DNA of 64,000 nucleotides from an uncultured Pseudomonadales bacterium (GTDB taxonomy: Bacteria; Patescibacteriota; Microgenomatia; UBA1400; PJMF01), in the NCBI GenBank assembly GCA_964607285.1, contig CAZSJW010000006.1, forward strand, positions 799-64,798. Reading direction: 5' to 3'. Below are positions 1-10,700 of the stretch, piece by piece (position 1 is the stretch's first letter; every line of letters starts with the position of its first letter). The notes below the pieces were generated by a model that was not told the origin of the DNA, made no database searches, and was given only the letters and a program-made list of their open reading frames with translations. The translations under genes were made by a program, and so were the position numbers.

Positions 1-1694
1 TGAATACCTTTGTCTGTAGGAGTGATGTACTCTTTGGGAACCACACCACCAGTGATAGCATTTACAAATTCATACCCAGTGCCACGCTCTTTTGGCTCGA
101 GGCGGAGACGAACATGGCCATACTGTCCACGTCCACCCGACTGCTTGATGTACTTACCTTCACCTTCAGCTGATTTGGTGATGGTTTCGCGGTAGGCCAC
201 CTGCGGGGCACCTACGTTTGCACCGACTTTGAACTCGCGCTTCATGCGGTCGACCAAGATTTCTAGGTGTAGTTCGCCCATACCACCAATGATGGTCTGG
301 CCGGTTTCTGGATTAGACTTGATCTCGAATGTTGGATCTTCTTCACTGAGCTTAGCCAATGCCATACCCATTTTTTCTTGGTCTGACTTGGTTTTTGGCT
401 CAATTGCCAGGTAGATAACTGGTTCTGCAAAGGTAATACCTTCCAAGATTATTGGTGCATCTTCGTCGCAGAGTGTGTGTCCGGTTTTGGTGTCTTTGAG
501 ACCAACTATGGCGACAATTTCGCCTGCACGGGCTTCAGAAATTTCTTCACGTTGGTTAGCGTGCATGAGAAGCAAACGACCAACACGCTCTTTGGTTTTG
601 TTGGAGGAGTTATACGCGTATGATCCTGCCTTGAGGATACCTGAATACACACGAGTGTATGTTAGTTTTCCAACGTGCGGATCTGTTTGAATTTTGAAGG
701 ACAGTGCACTGAAGGTCTCCTCTGGCACTAACTGGCGTACTTCTGGCTCACCAGTTTTTGGGTGTGTTCCGTTAATGTGATCAATATCCACAGGGGATGG
801 GAGGTAATCTACCACACCATCAAGTAGCGGTTGTACGCCTGTATTCTTGAGTGAAGAACCAGCATACACAGGTACCAATTTGTAGCCAATGACTGCAGCT
901 CGCAGTGCTGCTTTCAACTCGTTTACAGAGATTTCCTCCTCAGCAAAGAATTTTTCTAATAAAGCATCATCCGTTTCAGCAATGTGCTCAACTAACTCAG
1001 CACGAAGTTCTTCAACCCGTGCTTTGTATTCTTCTGGAATTTCTTTGATTTCTGGTTCGGTATCTGCTTCACTGTCTTTCCAGAACAACGCTTTTCGCTC
1101 AATCAGCTGGATAACACCGCGGAAGTCATTCTCTGCTCCCATTGGCAGAACCATGACAGCAGGCACAACGCCAAACTTGTCGCGGATGTCTTGGACTGTT
1201 GCAAAAAAGTCTGCACCCAATTTGTCCATTTTGTTCACGAAACAAATACGAGGCACGTTGTACTTGTCTGCTTGGCGCCAGACAGTTTCAGACTGGGACT
1301 GGACACCTTCACTAGCATCCAGAACAGTCACACCACCATCAAGCACGCGCAAACTGCGCTCTACTTCTGCTGTAAAGTCTACGTGTCCTGGGGTGTCGAT
1401 GATGTTGAAGCGGTACTGCTCTTTATCTAAATGAGTCTCAAAGTATGGAGTCCAAAAAGTAGTAGTAGCAGCAGAAACGATGGTGATTCCACGTTCCTTC
1501 TCTTGTTCCATCCAGTCCATGGTTGCAGCACCTTCGTGGACCTCACCAATTTTGTAAGTTCGACCTGTGAAAAACAAGATACGCTCAGTGGTAGTGGTTT
1601 TACCAGCATCAATGTGCGCAATAATACCAATATTTCGAATTCTCTTGAGAGGAATCGAACTACGATCAGTTGTTTTAACAGTTTGCTGAGACAT
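1..1694 (-). CDS. fusA: Elongation factor G, 5'-partial in window (runs off the left edge); start codon at 1692-1694
   Basis: Reverse-strand translation gives [72 protein letters not shown]... and continues in frame to the window edge (…[20 protein letters not shown]). This is canonical EF-G with its G-domain motifs. The supplied ORF track omits it because it is edge-truncated. Confidence 0.95.
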   Translation of the reverse strand, partial: MSQQTVKTTDRSSIPLKRIRNIGIIAHIDAGKTTTTERILFFTGRTYKIGEVHEGAATMDWMEQEKERGITIVSAATTTFWTPYFETHLDKEQYRFNIIDTPGHVDFTAEVERSLRVLDGGVTVLDASEGVQSQSETVWRQADKYNVPRICFVNKMDKLGADFFATVQDIRDKFGVVPAVMVLPMGAENDFRGVIQLIERKALFWKDSEADTEPEIKEIPEEYKARVEELRAELVEHIAETDDALLEKFFAEEEISVNELKAALRAAVIGYKLVPVYAGSSLKNTGVQPLLDGVVDYLPSPVDIDHINGTHPKTGEPEVRQLVPEETFSALSFKIQTDPHVGKLTYTRVYSGILKAGSYAYNSSNKTKERVGRLLLMHANQREEISEARAGEIVAIVGLKDTKTGHTLCDEDAPIILEGITFAEPVIYLAIEPKTKSDQEKMGMALAKLSEEDPTFEIKSNPETGQTIIGGMGELHLEILVDRMKREFKVGANVGAPQVAYRETITKSAEGEGKYIKQSGGRGQYGHVRLRLEPKERGTGYEFVNAITGGVVPKEYITPTDKGI

Positions 1695-1730
1695 ATGACA
1701 GGTCTTTCGAAGAAAGTATCTACTAACAAT

Positions 1731-2207
1731 TTACCATCTAAAGTGAGCAAAAGCTTTGTTGGCTTCAGCCATGCGGTGCGCAGTCAACTTCCTGTTGATT
1801 GACCCACCAGTATTTTGAAGTGCATCGAGCATTTCTGCAGTCAATTTCTCAGCAAATGTGTGGTATTGACGACTTGAGCGTTTTCTCGACTCTTCAATGA
1901 TCCAGCGCAGTGCTAAAGCAAATGCTCGACGAGGACGAACAGGCATTGGAACTTGATAGGCTGCACCACCTACACGGCGAGAGCGTACTTCCATTTGTGG
2001 GGAAACCATTCTCAATACATCCTCAAAAGCTTCGACAGCTTCCTTTTTGGTCTCAGTAGCCAAGGCTTCCAAAGCACCATATACCTGCTTTTGAGCAACA
2101 GACTTTTTGCCATCTTTCATGACAGCACTAATAAATTTTGCGACCTTAACTGAGTTAAAGCGTTGGTCTGGTTGAACTTCTCGCACTGGGGCGCGTTTTG
2201 TTCGCAT
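1731..2207 (-). CDS. rpsG: 30S ribosomal protein S7
   Basis: MRTKRAPVREVQPDQRFNSVKVAKFISAVMKDGKKSVAQ…AHFRW is a typical S7 N- and C-terminus. The ATG at 2205-2207 is preferred over the upstream in-frame M at 2222. Confidence 0.9.
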   Translation of the reverse strand: MRTKRAPVREVQPDQRFNSVKVAKFISAVMKDGKKSVAQKQVYGALEALATETKKEAVEAFEDVLRMVSPQMEVRSRRVGGAAYQVPMPVRPRRAFALALRWIIEESRKRSSRQYHTFAEKLTAEMLDALQNTGGSINRKLTAHRMAEANKAFAHFRW

Positions 2208-2270
2208 ATCTACTTTCTTCACCTACCGCCGTAGCGGCAGATTACTCAACTATTCCACTACTGGTGGAGA

Positions 2271-2684
2271 TTAGCTGGGGCGTTTGACGCCGTATTTACT
2301 TCTACTAGTTTTTCTACCATTGACACCTGCTGCATCATACTTACCACGAACAATGTGATACTTCACGCCTGGTAAGTCTTTGACACGACCACCGCGGACG
2401 AGCACGATACTGTGCTCAGCCAAAGAGTGACCCTCACCCATGATATAGGCGGTCACTTCCATTTTATTGGACAAACGAACACGGGCAACCTTTCGCAAAG
2501 CTGAGTTTGGCTTCTTTGGAGTCATAGTTTTGACTACCGTGCAAACACCACGCTTTTGTGGGTTGGTTGTCTTAACAAAAGCAGTAGTGTTGGAGTTGAA
2601 GCTCCTTCGCAGTGCTGTTGCTTTAATTTTAGTTGGTTTGCTTTTGCGGCCACCCTTGCGGATGAGCTGGTTAATTGTCGGCAT
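2271..2684 (-). CDS. rpsL: 30S ribosomal protein S12
   Basis: [14 protein letters not shown]…[29 protein letters not shown]…[17 protein letters not shown] are near-universal S12 motifs. Confidence 0.95.
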   Translation of the reverse strand: MPTINQLIRKGGRKSKPTKIKATALRRSFNSNTTAFVKTTNPQKRGVCTVVKTMTPKKPNSALRKVARVRLSNKMEVTAYIMGEGHSLAEHSIVLVRGGRVKDLPGVKYHIVRGKYDAAGVNGRKTSRSKYGVKRPS

Positions 2685-2767
2685 AATACGTAATTTTCCT
2701 TAAACTACTTCCTGAATGTCAGAACGTGTATTGTACAGGATTGTCTCCAACAGTGCAAACAGGATGT

Positions 2768-3157
2768 TCATGAACTATTCCTTAACTTACGCCGCTCTTT
2801 TTGCTTCCAATTTGCGTCTAATGCAAGCCTTGCTAATTTTGTCATCTGCACTAATTTGCGATCATTCTCCCAGCTTCCTGTACTCTGGCCTCCATGTGTA
2901 TTCTCCATAAGTGATTCATACACCTTTTGTTCAACCTCCTCTTTAGTTTTATAGCCAAAACTAATCGAATTTATTGCTGCAAAAATCTTAATTACTATTT
3001 CCTCATCTAACCCACTCACTTTCGAAATACTAACTCGTATCTCGCCTATTCTTCCTGTTAACACTAACTTAACAGTATGCAAGCATCCCTTACCTATTTG
3101 TTCGTAGTAGGTCTCAACTAATTCATCTAATGTTGGTTGAATTATCTCCCGATTCAT
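2768..3157 (-). CDS. Hypothetical protein (about 129 aa) encoded in an AT-rich insert between rpoC and rpsL; no recognisable family
   Basis: ORF MNREIIQPTLDELVETYYEQIGKGCLHTVKLVLTGRIGEIRVSISKVSGLDEEIVIKIFAAINSISFGYKTKEE… A hand count of 100 nt (2941-3040) gives about 31% G+C, against about 46% in adjacent rpoC. The ORF-track start at 3226 would overlap the rpoC 3' end, so the internal ATG is preferred. Confidence 0.5.
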   Translation of the reverse strand: MNREIIQPTLDELVETYYEQIGKGCLHTVKLVLTGRIGEIRVSISKVSGLDEEIVIKIFAAINSISFGYKTKEEVEQKVYESLMENTHGGQSTGSWENDRKLVQMTKLARLALDANWKQKERRKLRNSS

Positions 3158-3176
3158 AGTATTTGCACAACAAGTA

Positions 3177-6100
3177 CTAGTGTACAATCTCAGCGCGTTC
3201 TCTGGTAGTAGGAATGAGACGACCAATGATGACGTTCTCTTTCAAACCTTCCAGATCATCTACCGCACCAATTGACGCTGCATCTGTCAACACATTCTTA
3301 GTGTGTTGGAATGAAGCTGCAGAGAGCCATGAGTGAGTAAAGAGTGACGATCTAGTAATTCCTAAGAACAGAATCTTAGCTGTAGCTGGTTCACCACCTG
3401 CAGCCATAGTGTCATCATTCATCTCGATAAATCGAGATCGTTCAATGACTTCTCCAGTCAAGAAATCAGTGTCACCAGATGCTTCAATCTGCACTTTATC
3501 ACTCATCTTGCGAACAATCACTTCAAAATGTTTGTCATGAATTGGAACGCCTTGAGACTCATAGACGTGTTGTACTTGATCAACAATAAATTGCTGAGTG
3601 TGCAACAAGCCTTTGACTGGGAGTAGCTCCTTAAGATTTACTGAACCAGAGGCAAGTTGCTGACCCATACCGACTAAATCACCATCTGAGACCAGTAACT
3701 GTGCTGCTGCTGAAAGCGTATAACTTACTTCTTCAGCTGGGGATCCAGATGCTTTAATGGTTACCTGTACTTGGTCATCAAGTTTTTCTATCTTGACCTT
3801 TCCAGCCAACTCAGCAAGCACTGCAGCGTTCTTTGGTGTTCGCACTTCCAAGAGCTCTTCAACACGAGGCAAACCTTGAGTCACGTCCAAACCTACGATA
3901 CCTCCTGAGTGCTTAACCCGCATAGTAAGCTGTGTACCTGGTTCACCAATAGACTGTGCAGCTAAAATACCGACTGGTACACCGATCTCGATCATTTGTC
4001 TGGTCGAGAAGTCCCAACCATAGCACTGTGCACAAAGACCCTTAGGTGCAGCACAAGAAAGAGGTGAGCGAACATAGACACTCTCAACACCCGCGGCGTC
4101 AAGACTTACTGCTAACTCTGGGGTTGTTACGTCTCCAGCTTTAGCGAGTACTTTACTGCCCATCTTTACGTCTTTAAGCAACACACGACCTGTGATTCGA
4201 GCACTGAAAATATCAGATCGCACTGCTTTTACTATTTCAATACCTTCAGTTGTGCCACAATCTTCCATTCTGATAATTGCGTCATGAGCAACGTCACAAA
4301 GTCTACGGGTGAGGTATCCTGCATCAGCAGTTTTGATAGCTGAGTCAGTAAGACCCTTACGGGAACCACGTGCTGAAGTCACGTACTCGAAGATAGTTAA
4401 ACCTTCGCGGAAGTTGGACTTGGTAGGCATTTCCACGATGTTACCGAGAGGGTCAACCACTAGTCCGCGCATAGCAGCGAGCTGTTTAACCTGGTCTTTG
4501 GAAGCTCGAGTACCTCCAGAATTAATCATAACTTTGACTGCATTATTTTCTGCATACGAAGCCCAAGTTTTGTTTGCAACTTCTTCGGTTGTTTCAATCC
4601 AAACATCAAATACCAAGCGTTTTCGCTCGTCACCAGAAACTAGACCATTAAGGTATTGCTCCTGAATTGTTTCAGCACGCTTGTTTGCCTGCTCTACGAT
4701 CTCATGCTTTTCTGGAATCATTGCACAGTCACTGACCGAGACAGAAAGTCCCGATTCAGTTGCTGCTCGGAATCCCAAGTTTTTGATGTTGTCAATTAAT
4801 GCGGTGACAGTATCACGCTCTTCTCCGTGAATAGCTGATGTCACAATTTGCTTGATCTTCTTTGCAGTAACTGCATCGTTGATAAACTGTAAGCTCTCTG
4901 GTAATAAGTCATTAAACTCAATTCGGCCAATGGTAGTTTCAAGAATTTGCACAACACCAGAAACTGTAAGTCGAGCTTTTATTTGTTGGCGCAAACCAAT
5001 TCTTCCTGCTTGATACGCGTGATATGCCTCATCTTTGTTTGCAAACACAGAAGCGAAGATTTCTTGAGAGTCATCAGCTGACGTGTGATAGAAAATACCC
5101 ATAGCCATTTCTTTATTAGGAATGGTGATAGGCTCACCGTTAGCTGGCTTCAGGAGATTATGAGTTGCCATCATCAGCTCGCGGGCTTCTTCTTGGGCTT
5201 CGACTGTCAAAGGAACGTGGACGGCCATTTGGTCACCGTCGAAGTCAGCGTTGTAGCCTGCACAGACACAAGGGTGGAGGCGAATAGCATTACCTTCAAT
5301 CAGGATTGGGTAAAATGCCTGCATGCCAAGTTTGTGTAGTGTGGGAGCACGGTTCAAAATAACTGGATGGTTCTCTGTGACCTGTTCCAGGATGTCGTAC
5401 ACAACTGGTTCGCGGCGTTCAATCAGGTGACGAGCACTCTTCACGTTCGGAGCGGTACCCTTAGTGATGAGTTCGCGCAAGACATACGGCTTGAACATTT
5501 CCAAGGCCATATCTTTTGGCAAACCACACTCATTGAGTTTGAGCTCTGGACCAACCACGATAACCGAGCGACCAGAATAGTCGACGCGTTTACCGAGCAA
5601 GTTTTGGCGGAAACGACCCTGTTTACCTTTAAGCATCTCGGAGAGAGACTTGAGAGGGCGGCGGGTAGCGCGGCGGCGAGACTGCTTGGCTTGACTGCCA
5701 TCAATCAGAGAGTCAACAGCTTCCTGCAACATGCGTTTTTCGTTGCGCAGAATGATTTCTGGTGCACCGAGCTCGATCAAGTGCTTGAGACGGTTGTTGC
5801 GGTTGATGACGCGGCGATACAAGTCATTGAGGTCTGAAGTTGCGAATCGTCCACCAGACAGCTGCACCATTGGGCGTAGATCTGGAGGGATGACTGGCAA
5901 AACAGTCAGGAACATCCAGGCAGGGTTGAGCCCAGCTTTACGCAAACCTTCGGAAACGCGCAGACGTTTGATTGCTTTGATGCGCTTGGCACCTTTGCTC
6001 TCTTCCATCTCGTCTCGGAGGCGTTTTACTAACTCTTCAAGGTTAATGCGTTCGACTAATTCAAGTATGCTCTCAGCTCCCATACCTACTCGTAAGTGAC

Positions 6101-6902
6101 CTGCAGCGTTGTATTCGTCCAACTTCAAATATTCATCTTCACTGAGAATTGTGCCTCTACCGATCTTTTTTACCATTACTTTGAGCTGCTTGTAAATTTC
6201 CTCAGTCTGCTCAAGTTGTGTCTCGAGTTGTTTTTTCAGGGCAACCAAACGATTTTTTGCTTTAAGCTCGATCTCAGTTAGTTTTAGCTGTAAAGTTTCT
6301 TTGTTAGTTACTTTAGCTTGTAAATTCTCCTGTTCACTAAGCAACTTGGTTTTGACTTCCTCCATCGCAATTTTAGTGGAATCACGCAGCTCGTCCTGTG
6401 CTGATACTGCATCGACTTCTAGTTGATCTACGACTAGTGCTCTCTCATCAGTCTCTACATCAAGAACAACATACTTTGAGAAGTAGATGATGGCGTTCAA
6501 GTTGCGGGGTGAGATATCCAAAAGCAATGATAACTTTGATGGGGCACCTTTGAAGAACCAAATATGTGCAACTGGTGCTGCTAAAGTGATGTGACCCATA
6601 CGCTCACGGCGAACTTTGGCTTGAGTGACTTCAACACCACATTTGTCACAAATAATACCTTTATATCTAATTCTCTTGTATTTACCACAGTAACACTCAT
6701 AATCTTTGATAGGGCCAAAGATCTTTTCATCGAATAAACCATCTTTCTCTGCTTTTAGAGATCGATAGTTGATAGTTTCAGGTTTTCGAACTTCTCCATG
6801 AGACCAAGACTTCATCATTTCTGGTGAAGCGATACGGATCTCTAAAGCTGAAAAGTCCACAATGTTTCTGTTGATGTTGGTTTGGGTTGTGTTGTTCATC
6901 AT
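3177..6902 (-). CDS. rpoC: DNA-directed RNA polymerase subunit beta'
   Basis: 1241 aa with N-terminal Zn-finger cysteines ([23 protein letters not shown]), the catalytic [14 protein letters not shown] motif, and [19 protein letters not shown]. Confidence 0.97.
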   Translation of the reverse strand: MMNNTTQTNINRNIVDFSALEIRIASPEMMKSWSHGEVRKPETINYRSLKAEKDGLFDEKIFGPIKDYECYCGKYKRIRYKGIICDKCGVEVTQAKVRRERMGHITLAAPVAHIWFFKGAPSKLSLLLDISPRNLNAIIYFSKYVVLDVETDERALVVDQLEVDAVSAQDELRDSTKIAMEEVKTKLLSEQENLQAKVTNKETLQLKLTEIELKAKNRLVALKKQLETQLEQTEEIYKQLKVMVKKIGRGTILSEDEYLKLDEYNAAGHLRVGMGAESILELVERINLEELVKRLRDEMEESKGAKRIKAIKRLRVSEGLRKAGLNPAWMFLTVLPVIPPDLRPMVQLSGGRFATSDLNDLYRRVINRNNRLKHLIELGAPEIILRNEKRMLQEAVDSLIDGSQAKQSRRRATRRPLKSLSEMLKGKQGRFRQNLLGKRVDYSGRSVIVVGPELKLNECGLPKDMALEMFKPYVLRELITKGTAPNVKSARHLIERREPVVYDILEQVTENHPVILNRAPTLHKLGMQAFYPILIEGNAIRLHPCVCAGYNADFDGDQMAVHVPLTVEAQEEARELMMATHNLLKPANGEPITIPNKEMAMGIFYHTSADDSQEIFASVFANKDEAYHAYQAGRIGLRQQIKARLTVSGVVQILETTIGRIEFNDLLPESLQFINDAVTAKKIKQIVTSAIHGEERDTVTALIDNIKNLGFRAATESGLSVSVSDCAMIPEKHEIVEQANKRAETIQEQYLNGLVSGDERKRLVFDVWIETTEEVANKTWASYAENNAVKVMINSGGTRASKDQVKQLAAMRGLVVDPLGNIVEMPTKSNFREGLTIFEYVTSARGSRKGLTDSAIKTADAGYLTRRLCDVAHDAIIRMEDCGTTEGIEIVKAVRSDIFSARITGRVLLKDVKMGSKVLAKAGDVTTPELAVSLDAAGVESVYVRSPLSCAAPKGLCAQCYGWDFSTRQMIEIGVPVGILAAQSIGEPGTQLTMRVKHSGGIVGLDVTQGLPRVEELLEVRTPKNAAVLAELAGKVKIEKLDDQVQVTIKASGSPAEEVSYTLSAAAQLLVSDGDLVGMGQQLASGSVNLKELLPVKGLLHTQQFIVDQVQHVYESQGVPIHDKHFEVIVRKMSDKVQIEASGDTDFLTGEVIERSRFIEMNDDTMAAGGEPATAKILFLGITRSSLFTHSWLSAASFQHTKNVLTDAASIGAVDDLEGLKENVIIGRLIPTTRERAEIVH

Positions 6903-6929
6903 ATTGTTCCTGCTAGCACTAGTGTCACC

Positions 6930-9900
6930 TTACGCGACTTCGTCCTCCTCGATATCTAAAACGTCTGCTTCAGAAGGTTCAGCTTCATCATCTGAAGATG
7001 AAGTATCAAAGTCGTCTTCTGAAATCTCGAGTAAAGACGTATCTACTACTGCATCATCGTCGTCATCATCATCGCTTGCATCGTTAATAGACTTTACTTG
7101 AATACCACCGTCTTCATCAAGTCCAGCCTCCTCGATAACTGCATCATCCATTAGCTCATCAGCTGCAAGTACGTTTGCAGGGATAACCTCTTCGGTTACC
7201 TCTTCTTCCTGCGCTTCTTGAGGTACAACCGCAATGCCGAGTGAGTTGAGCTCGCGCATCAACACCTTAAATGACTCTGGCACCGTTGGTGCAGGAATAT
7301 CTGTTCCCTTGACAATAGCTTCAAAGGCTTTTGCACGACCCAAGACATCATCAGACTTGATAGTCAACATTTCTTGGAGGATATGAGCGGCACGATGCGC
7401 TTGCAGTGCCCAAACTTCCATTTCTCCCAAACGCTGACCACCCATTTGTGCTTTTCCACCAAGTGGTTGCTGAGTGACCAAAGAGTATGGACCTGTTGAG
7501 CGTGCATGCATTTTGTCCTCAACCATGTGAGAAAGTTTCAAAATGTAACCTACACCAACAGTGGTTGATTCACTAAATTTCTCTCCTGTTCGACCATCAT
7601 AGAGTTGTGCTTTACCCGAAACTGGTAAACCAGCGCGACCAAGCTCACTCCAGATTTTGTCCTCATCGAAGGCTTCAAATGCTGGAACAGCAATTGTGTA
7701 CCCAAGCTTTTGAGCTGCCCAACCTGCATGAGCTTCAAGCAGCTGCCCCAAGTTCATACGGGCCAGAACTGACAGTGGTGAAATAATAATATCTACAGCA
7801 GTTCCATCCTCAAGATGAGGCATGTCCGCAACTGGAACTATTTTAGAAATAACGCCTTTATTTCCATGGCGTCCCGCTAGTTTGTCTCCAACGGTGATTT
7901 TTCTAATTTGCGCTACTTTTACTGTGACTTCTTTAAGTGTTCCTGGATCAAGCTCATCGCCCAAATCTGTGTCCAAAACCTGTACATCAATCACAACCCC
8001 TTGTTCACCATGAGGTAAACGCAGTGAAGTATCGCGTACTTCGCGTGATTTTTCTCCGAAGATTGCTCTGAGCAATCGCTCTTCAGGAGTTAATTCTGTT
8101 TCACCTTTTGGAGCAATTTTTCCAACCAAGATGTCACCTGCAGTGACAACACTTCCTACACGGATAATTCCGTCTGGAGTCAGGTTGCTAAGATACACTT
8201 CAGAGACATTGGGAATATCATTGGTGAGCTCTTCAGCACCAAGCTTCGTATCCATAACTTTAGCTTTATGCTCATTGATTTGAATTGAAGTAAGCGTGTC
8301 ATCCTTAACCAATCGATCTGAGATAACGATAGCGTCTTCATAGCCCAATCCATCAAACGAGGTGTACGCAATGACAAGATTTGAACCTAATGCTAGCTCT
8401 CCTTGATCGGCAGATGGACCATCAATCAAAACTTCGCCAACTGTAACCTTATCACCAACTTTGACAATTGGTCGCTGTGAGTAACAGGTACTTTGAGAAG
8501 TGCGCACAAACTTTGTCAGATGATAGACTTCTGTATCACCAATCAACTCACGAAACTCTGTGTCAGCTTCTGCTTCTTTTTCTAGCTTTTTCAGCGTAGC
8601 AGCATCGAGGGTGACTTCAACCTTGGTTGCATCAACATAGGAAACCGTACCTGAGTGTTTGGCTCGAACAGTCCTGCCCATTGCAGTAGCAACTGCTTCC
8701 TCCATACCTGTACCAACAATTGGAGCTTGTGGTCGAACCAATGGCACTGCTTGACATTGCATATGTGTACCCATCAGTGCGCGATTAGCTTCGTCATGTG
8801 CAATGAAAGGAATTAATGAAGCTGAAGTACCAATAACCTGACGAGGCACAACATCGATGTACTGAACGTCAGCAACTGGGCCTTCGATGAAGTTGTTCAT
8901 CGTTCGCATAGCTACCCACTCGTCCGTAATAAACCGTGACGCGTCAACATCTACACTAGCATGAGTTATTTTGTAATCTTCTTCTTCATCTGCAGCCAGG
9001 TAGACGATTTCCTCAGAAATCTGCATCTTACCTTTAACATTGTTTACCTTGTGGTACGGTGCTTCCAAAAATCCAAAATCATTCACGTGCGCATACAAGG
9101 AAAGGTAAGTCACTAAACCAATGTTAGGTCCCTCAGGAGAGCGGACTGGGTCAATTCTAGAATACTGAGACGCATTAATATCACGCATTGAGAAACTTGC
9201 GCGTTCACGGGTAACACCACCAGATCCCATAACAGAGAGACGACGAAGGTTATCAATCTCTGACAGTGGATTGGTCTGATCTAAGATGGTAGATAAGCGA
9301 TTTCGGCGGAAAAACTCTGAAATTGTAGCGATAAGTGGGCGAGCGTTTACCAGTGCAGCTGGAGTTAACACATCTTCAGTCTTGGTTAAAGACATTTTTT
9401 CACGAATTGAACGCTCCAAGCGAATGAGACCAATTCTAAAGGCTGCATCTTGAACGAGCTCTCCAATTTGACGGACACGTCTGTTACTCAAGTGATCAAT
9501 ATCATCAGTCTTACCTATACCGTTCTGCAAACGGATCAAGTACTTAACTGCAGCGACAATATCCTCAGTTGTTAGGACAGTTGTTTCAGGATCAACAGAA
9601 ATTTTCAGTCTTCGATTGAGCTTATATCGACCAACTCCACCGAGATCGTATCGGCGAGGGTCAAAAAATAACTGCTTGAGATATTCTTTGGCATTATCTA
9701 GCACTGCTGGCTCACCTGGGCGCATTTTCTCGTACACCTCAATTAGTGCTTCTTCACGTGATTTGCAAGCATCTTTCTCGATAGACTTCTCTAGTAAATC
9801 GAATTCATCTTGGTTAGTGACATCAGCAAAAAGCTGTCTCAGTTCTTCATCAGTTCCGTATCCGATTGCCCGTAAAAGAACAGTGACAGGCATCTTACGG

Positions 9901-10451
9901 CGTCTATCAATTTTTACGGTAATAATATCTCGTTTACCAACTGAAACCTCGAGCCAAGAACCACGTTTTGGTCTTAGTTCTGCAAAATACAGTTTTCGAC
10001 CTGTTGTACTATCTACTTCACCTGCAAAAAATACACCAGGAGAACGAACCAGCTGAGTGACCACCGCACGCTCAATACCATTTACCACAAACGTACCAAT
10101 TGGGGTCATTTTGGGTACATCTCCAAGAAACACTTCTTGTGTCTGCTCTTCACCAGTTTTTTTGTTGAGCAACGTTGCCTCAACATACAAAGGCATGTCG
10201 TATGTGACACCTTTTTCTTTTGCTTGAGAAAGTGTGTACTTTGATTTACCGAACCGATACTCTCCAAAACTCAATGCCCAGTTCTTACCAGTGTAATCTT
10301 CTATACCCTTTTCACCATTTATCTCAACCAAAGCCTGAGAGATGCCACTGTCCAAGAAAGATTGATAACTATCAATTTGTAGTTTCACCAAATCTAATTC
10401 AGGGAGAATTGTGTGGGTTGTACCCCAGTTTTGACGAGTTGCATGTGACAT
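6930..10451 (-). CDS. rpoB: DNA-directed RNA polymerase subunit beta, with an approximately 105-aa poly-acidic C-terminal extension
   Basis: 1173 aa with conserved beta-subunit blocks (…GEMEVWALQAH…, RLSVMGSGGVTRERA). The GAAGGAG Shine-Dalgarno sits 8 nt upstream of the ATG. The tail after …SLGIAVVPQE is dominated by D/E and includes a run of seven consecutive Asp. Confidence 0.97.
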   Translation of the reverse strand: MSHATRQNWGTTHTILPELDLVKLQIDSYQSFLDSGISQALVEINGEKGIEDYTGKNWALSFGEYRFGKSKYTLSQAKEKGVTYDMPLYVEATLLNKKTGEEQTQEVFLGDVPKMTPIGTFVVNGIERAVVTQLVRSPGVFFAGEVDSTTGRKLYFAELRPKRGSWLEVSVGKRDIITVKIDRRRKMPVTVLLRAIGYGTDEELRQLFADVTNQDEFDLLEKSIEKDACKSREEALIEVYEKMRPGEPAVLDNAKEYLKQLFFDPRRYDLGGVGRYKLNRRLKISVDPETTVLTTEDIVAAVKYLIRLQNGIGKTDDIDHLSNRRVRQIGELVQDAAFRIGLIRLERSIREKMSLTKTEDVLTPAALVNARPLIATISEFFRRNRLSTILDQTNPLSEIDNLRRLSVMGSGGVTRERASFSMRDINASQYSRIDPVRSPEGPNIGLVTYLSLYAHVNDFGFLEAPYHKVNNVKGKMQISEEIVYLAADEEEDYKITHASVDVDASRFITDEWVAMRTMNNFIEGPVADVQYIDVVPRQVIGTSASLIPFIAHDEANRALMGTHMQCQAVPLVRPQAPIVGTGMEEAVATAMGRTVRAKHSGTVSYVDATKVEVTLDAATLKKLEKEAEADTEFRELIGDTEVYHLTKFVRTSQSTCYSQRPIVKVGDKVTVGEVLIDGPSADQGELALGSNLVIAYTSFDGLGYEDAIVISDRLVKDDTLTSIQINEHKAKVMDTKLGAEELTNDIPNVSEVYLSNLTPDGIIRVGSVVTAGDILVGKIAPKGETELTPEERLLRAIFGEKSREVRDTSLRLPHGEQGVVIDVQVLDTDLGDELDPGTLKEVTVKVAQIRKITVGDKLAGRHGNKGVISKIVPVADMPHLEDGTAVDIIISPLSVLARMNLGQLLEAHAGWAAQKLGYTIAVPAFEAFDEDKIWSELGRAGLPVSGKAQLYDGRTGEKFSESTTVGVGYILKLSHMVEDKMHARSTGPYSLVTQQPLGGKAQMGGQRLGEMEVWALQAHRAAHILQEMLTIKSDDVLGRAKAFEAIVKGTDIPAPTVPESFKVLMRELNSLGIAVVPQEAQEEEVTEEVIPANVLAADELMDDAVIEEAGLDEDGGIQVKSINDASDDDDDDDAVVDTSLLEISEDDFDTSSSDDEAEPSEADVLDIEEDEVA

Positions 10452-10671
10452 TTCGGCTCCTTCAAATTCTCTACTAGCAGATGTGCTTGCGTTTCACTTT
10501 GATCATCAGTATTGATCAAATTACTATGTCTTCCACGCAAACAAGAGAGACGCTCTCGAGAGCTATCTCTTATTACTTACTGCACTAAGTGCTTGGCGGG
10601 TAAGACGGTGGTACGCAAGAACACCCCTAAATATTGTAGCTTGACTACTTGAGTTATACGCTGAAATTTGA

Positions 10672-10700
10672 ATTATAGCAGAGAAATACACCTAACGCAA
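10672..10700 (-). promoter_or_regulatory. Candidate sigma-70-type promoter for rpoB-rpoC (-35 TTGCGT, 17-nt spacer, -10 TATAAT on the minus strand), implying an approximately 190-nt leader
   Basis: Reverse complement of 10672-10700 is TTGCGT-taggtgtatttctctgc-TATAAT. The -35 overlaps the mltG stop codon. Confidence 0.35.

Noticed and set aside
889-1434. The 181-aa + strand ORF, and 1191..1430 +, 1431..1802 +
   Set aside because: They lie antisense within fusA and are low-complexity Ser/Thr-rich shadow ORFs. EF-G on the minus strand explains the region.
2768-3157. Possible L7Ae/YbxF-like ribosomal protein at the rpoC-rpsL junction, as in Bacillus
   Set aside because: No L7Ae-family signature (no KxGxxxTxKA…AxDxxP pattern), so it is kept as an orphan.
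4309-6099. Several + strand ORFs of 84-156 aa inside rpoC (4309..4665, 5085..5339, 5367..5837, 5731..6099), and 9616..10056 inside rpoB
   Set aside because: They are antisense shadow ORFs of highly conserved RNAP genes and have no motifs.
3177-10451. Inteins or large lineage-specific insertions in rpoB/rpoC
   Set aside because: The lengths are ordinary (1173 and 1241 aa). The coiled-coil segment of beta' near residues 150-300 corresponds to the normal clamp-helix region upstream of [19 protein letters not shown]. Only the RpoB acidic tail is unusual.
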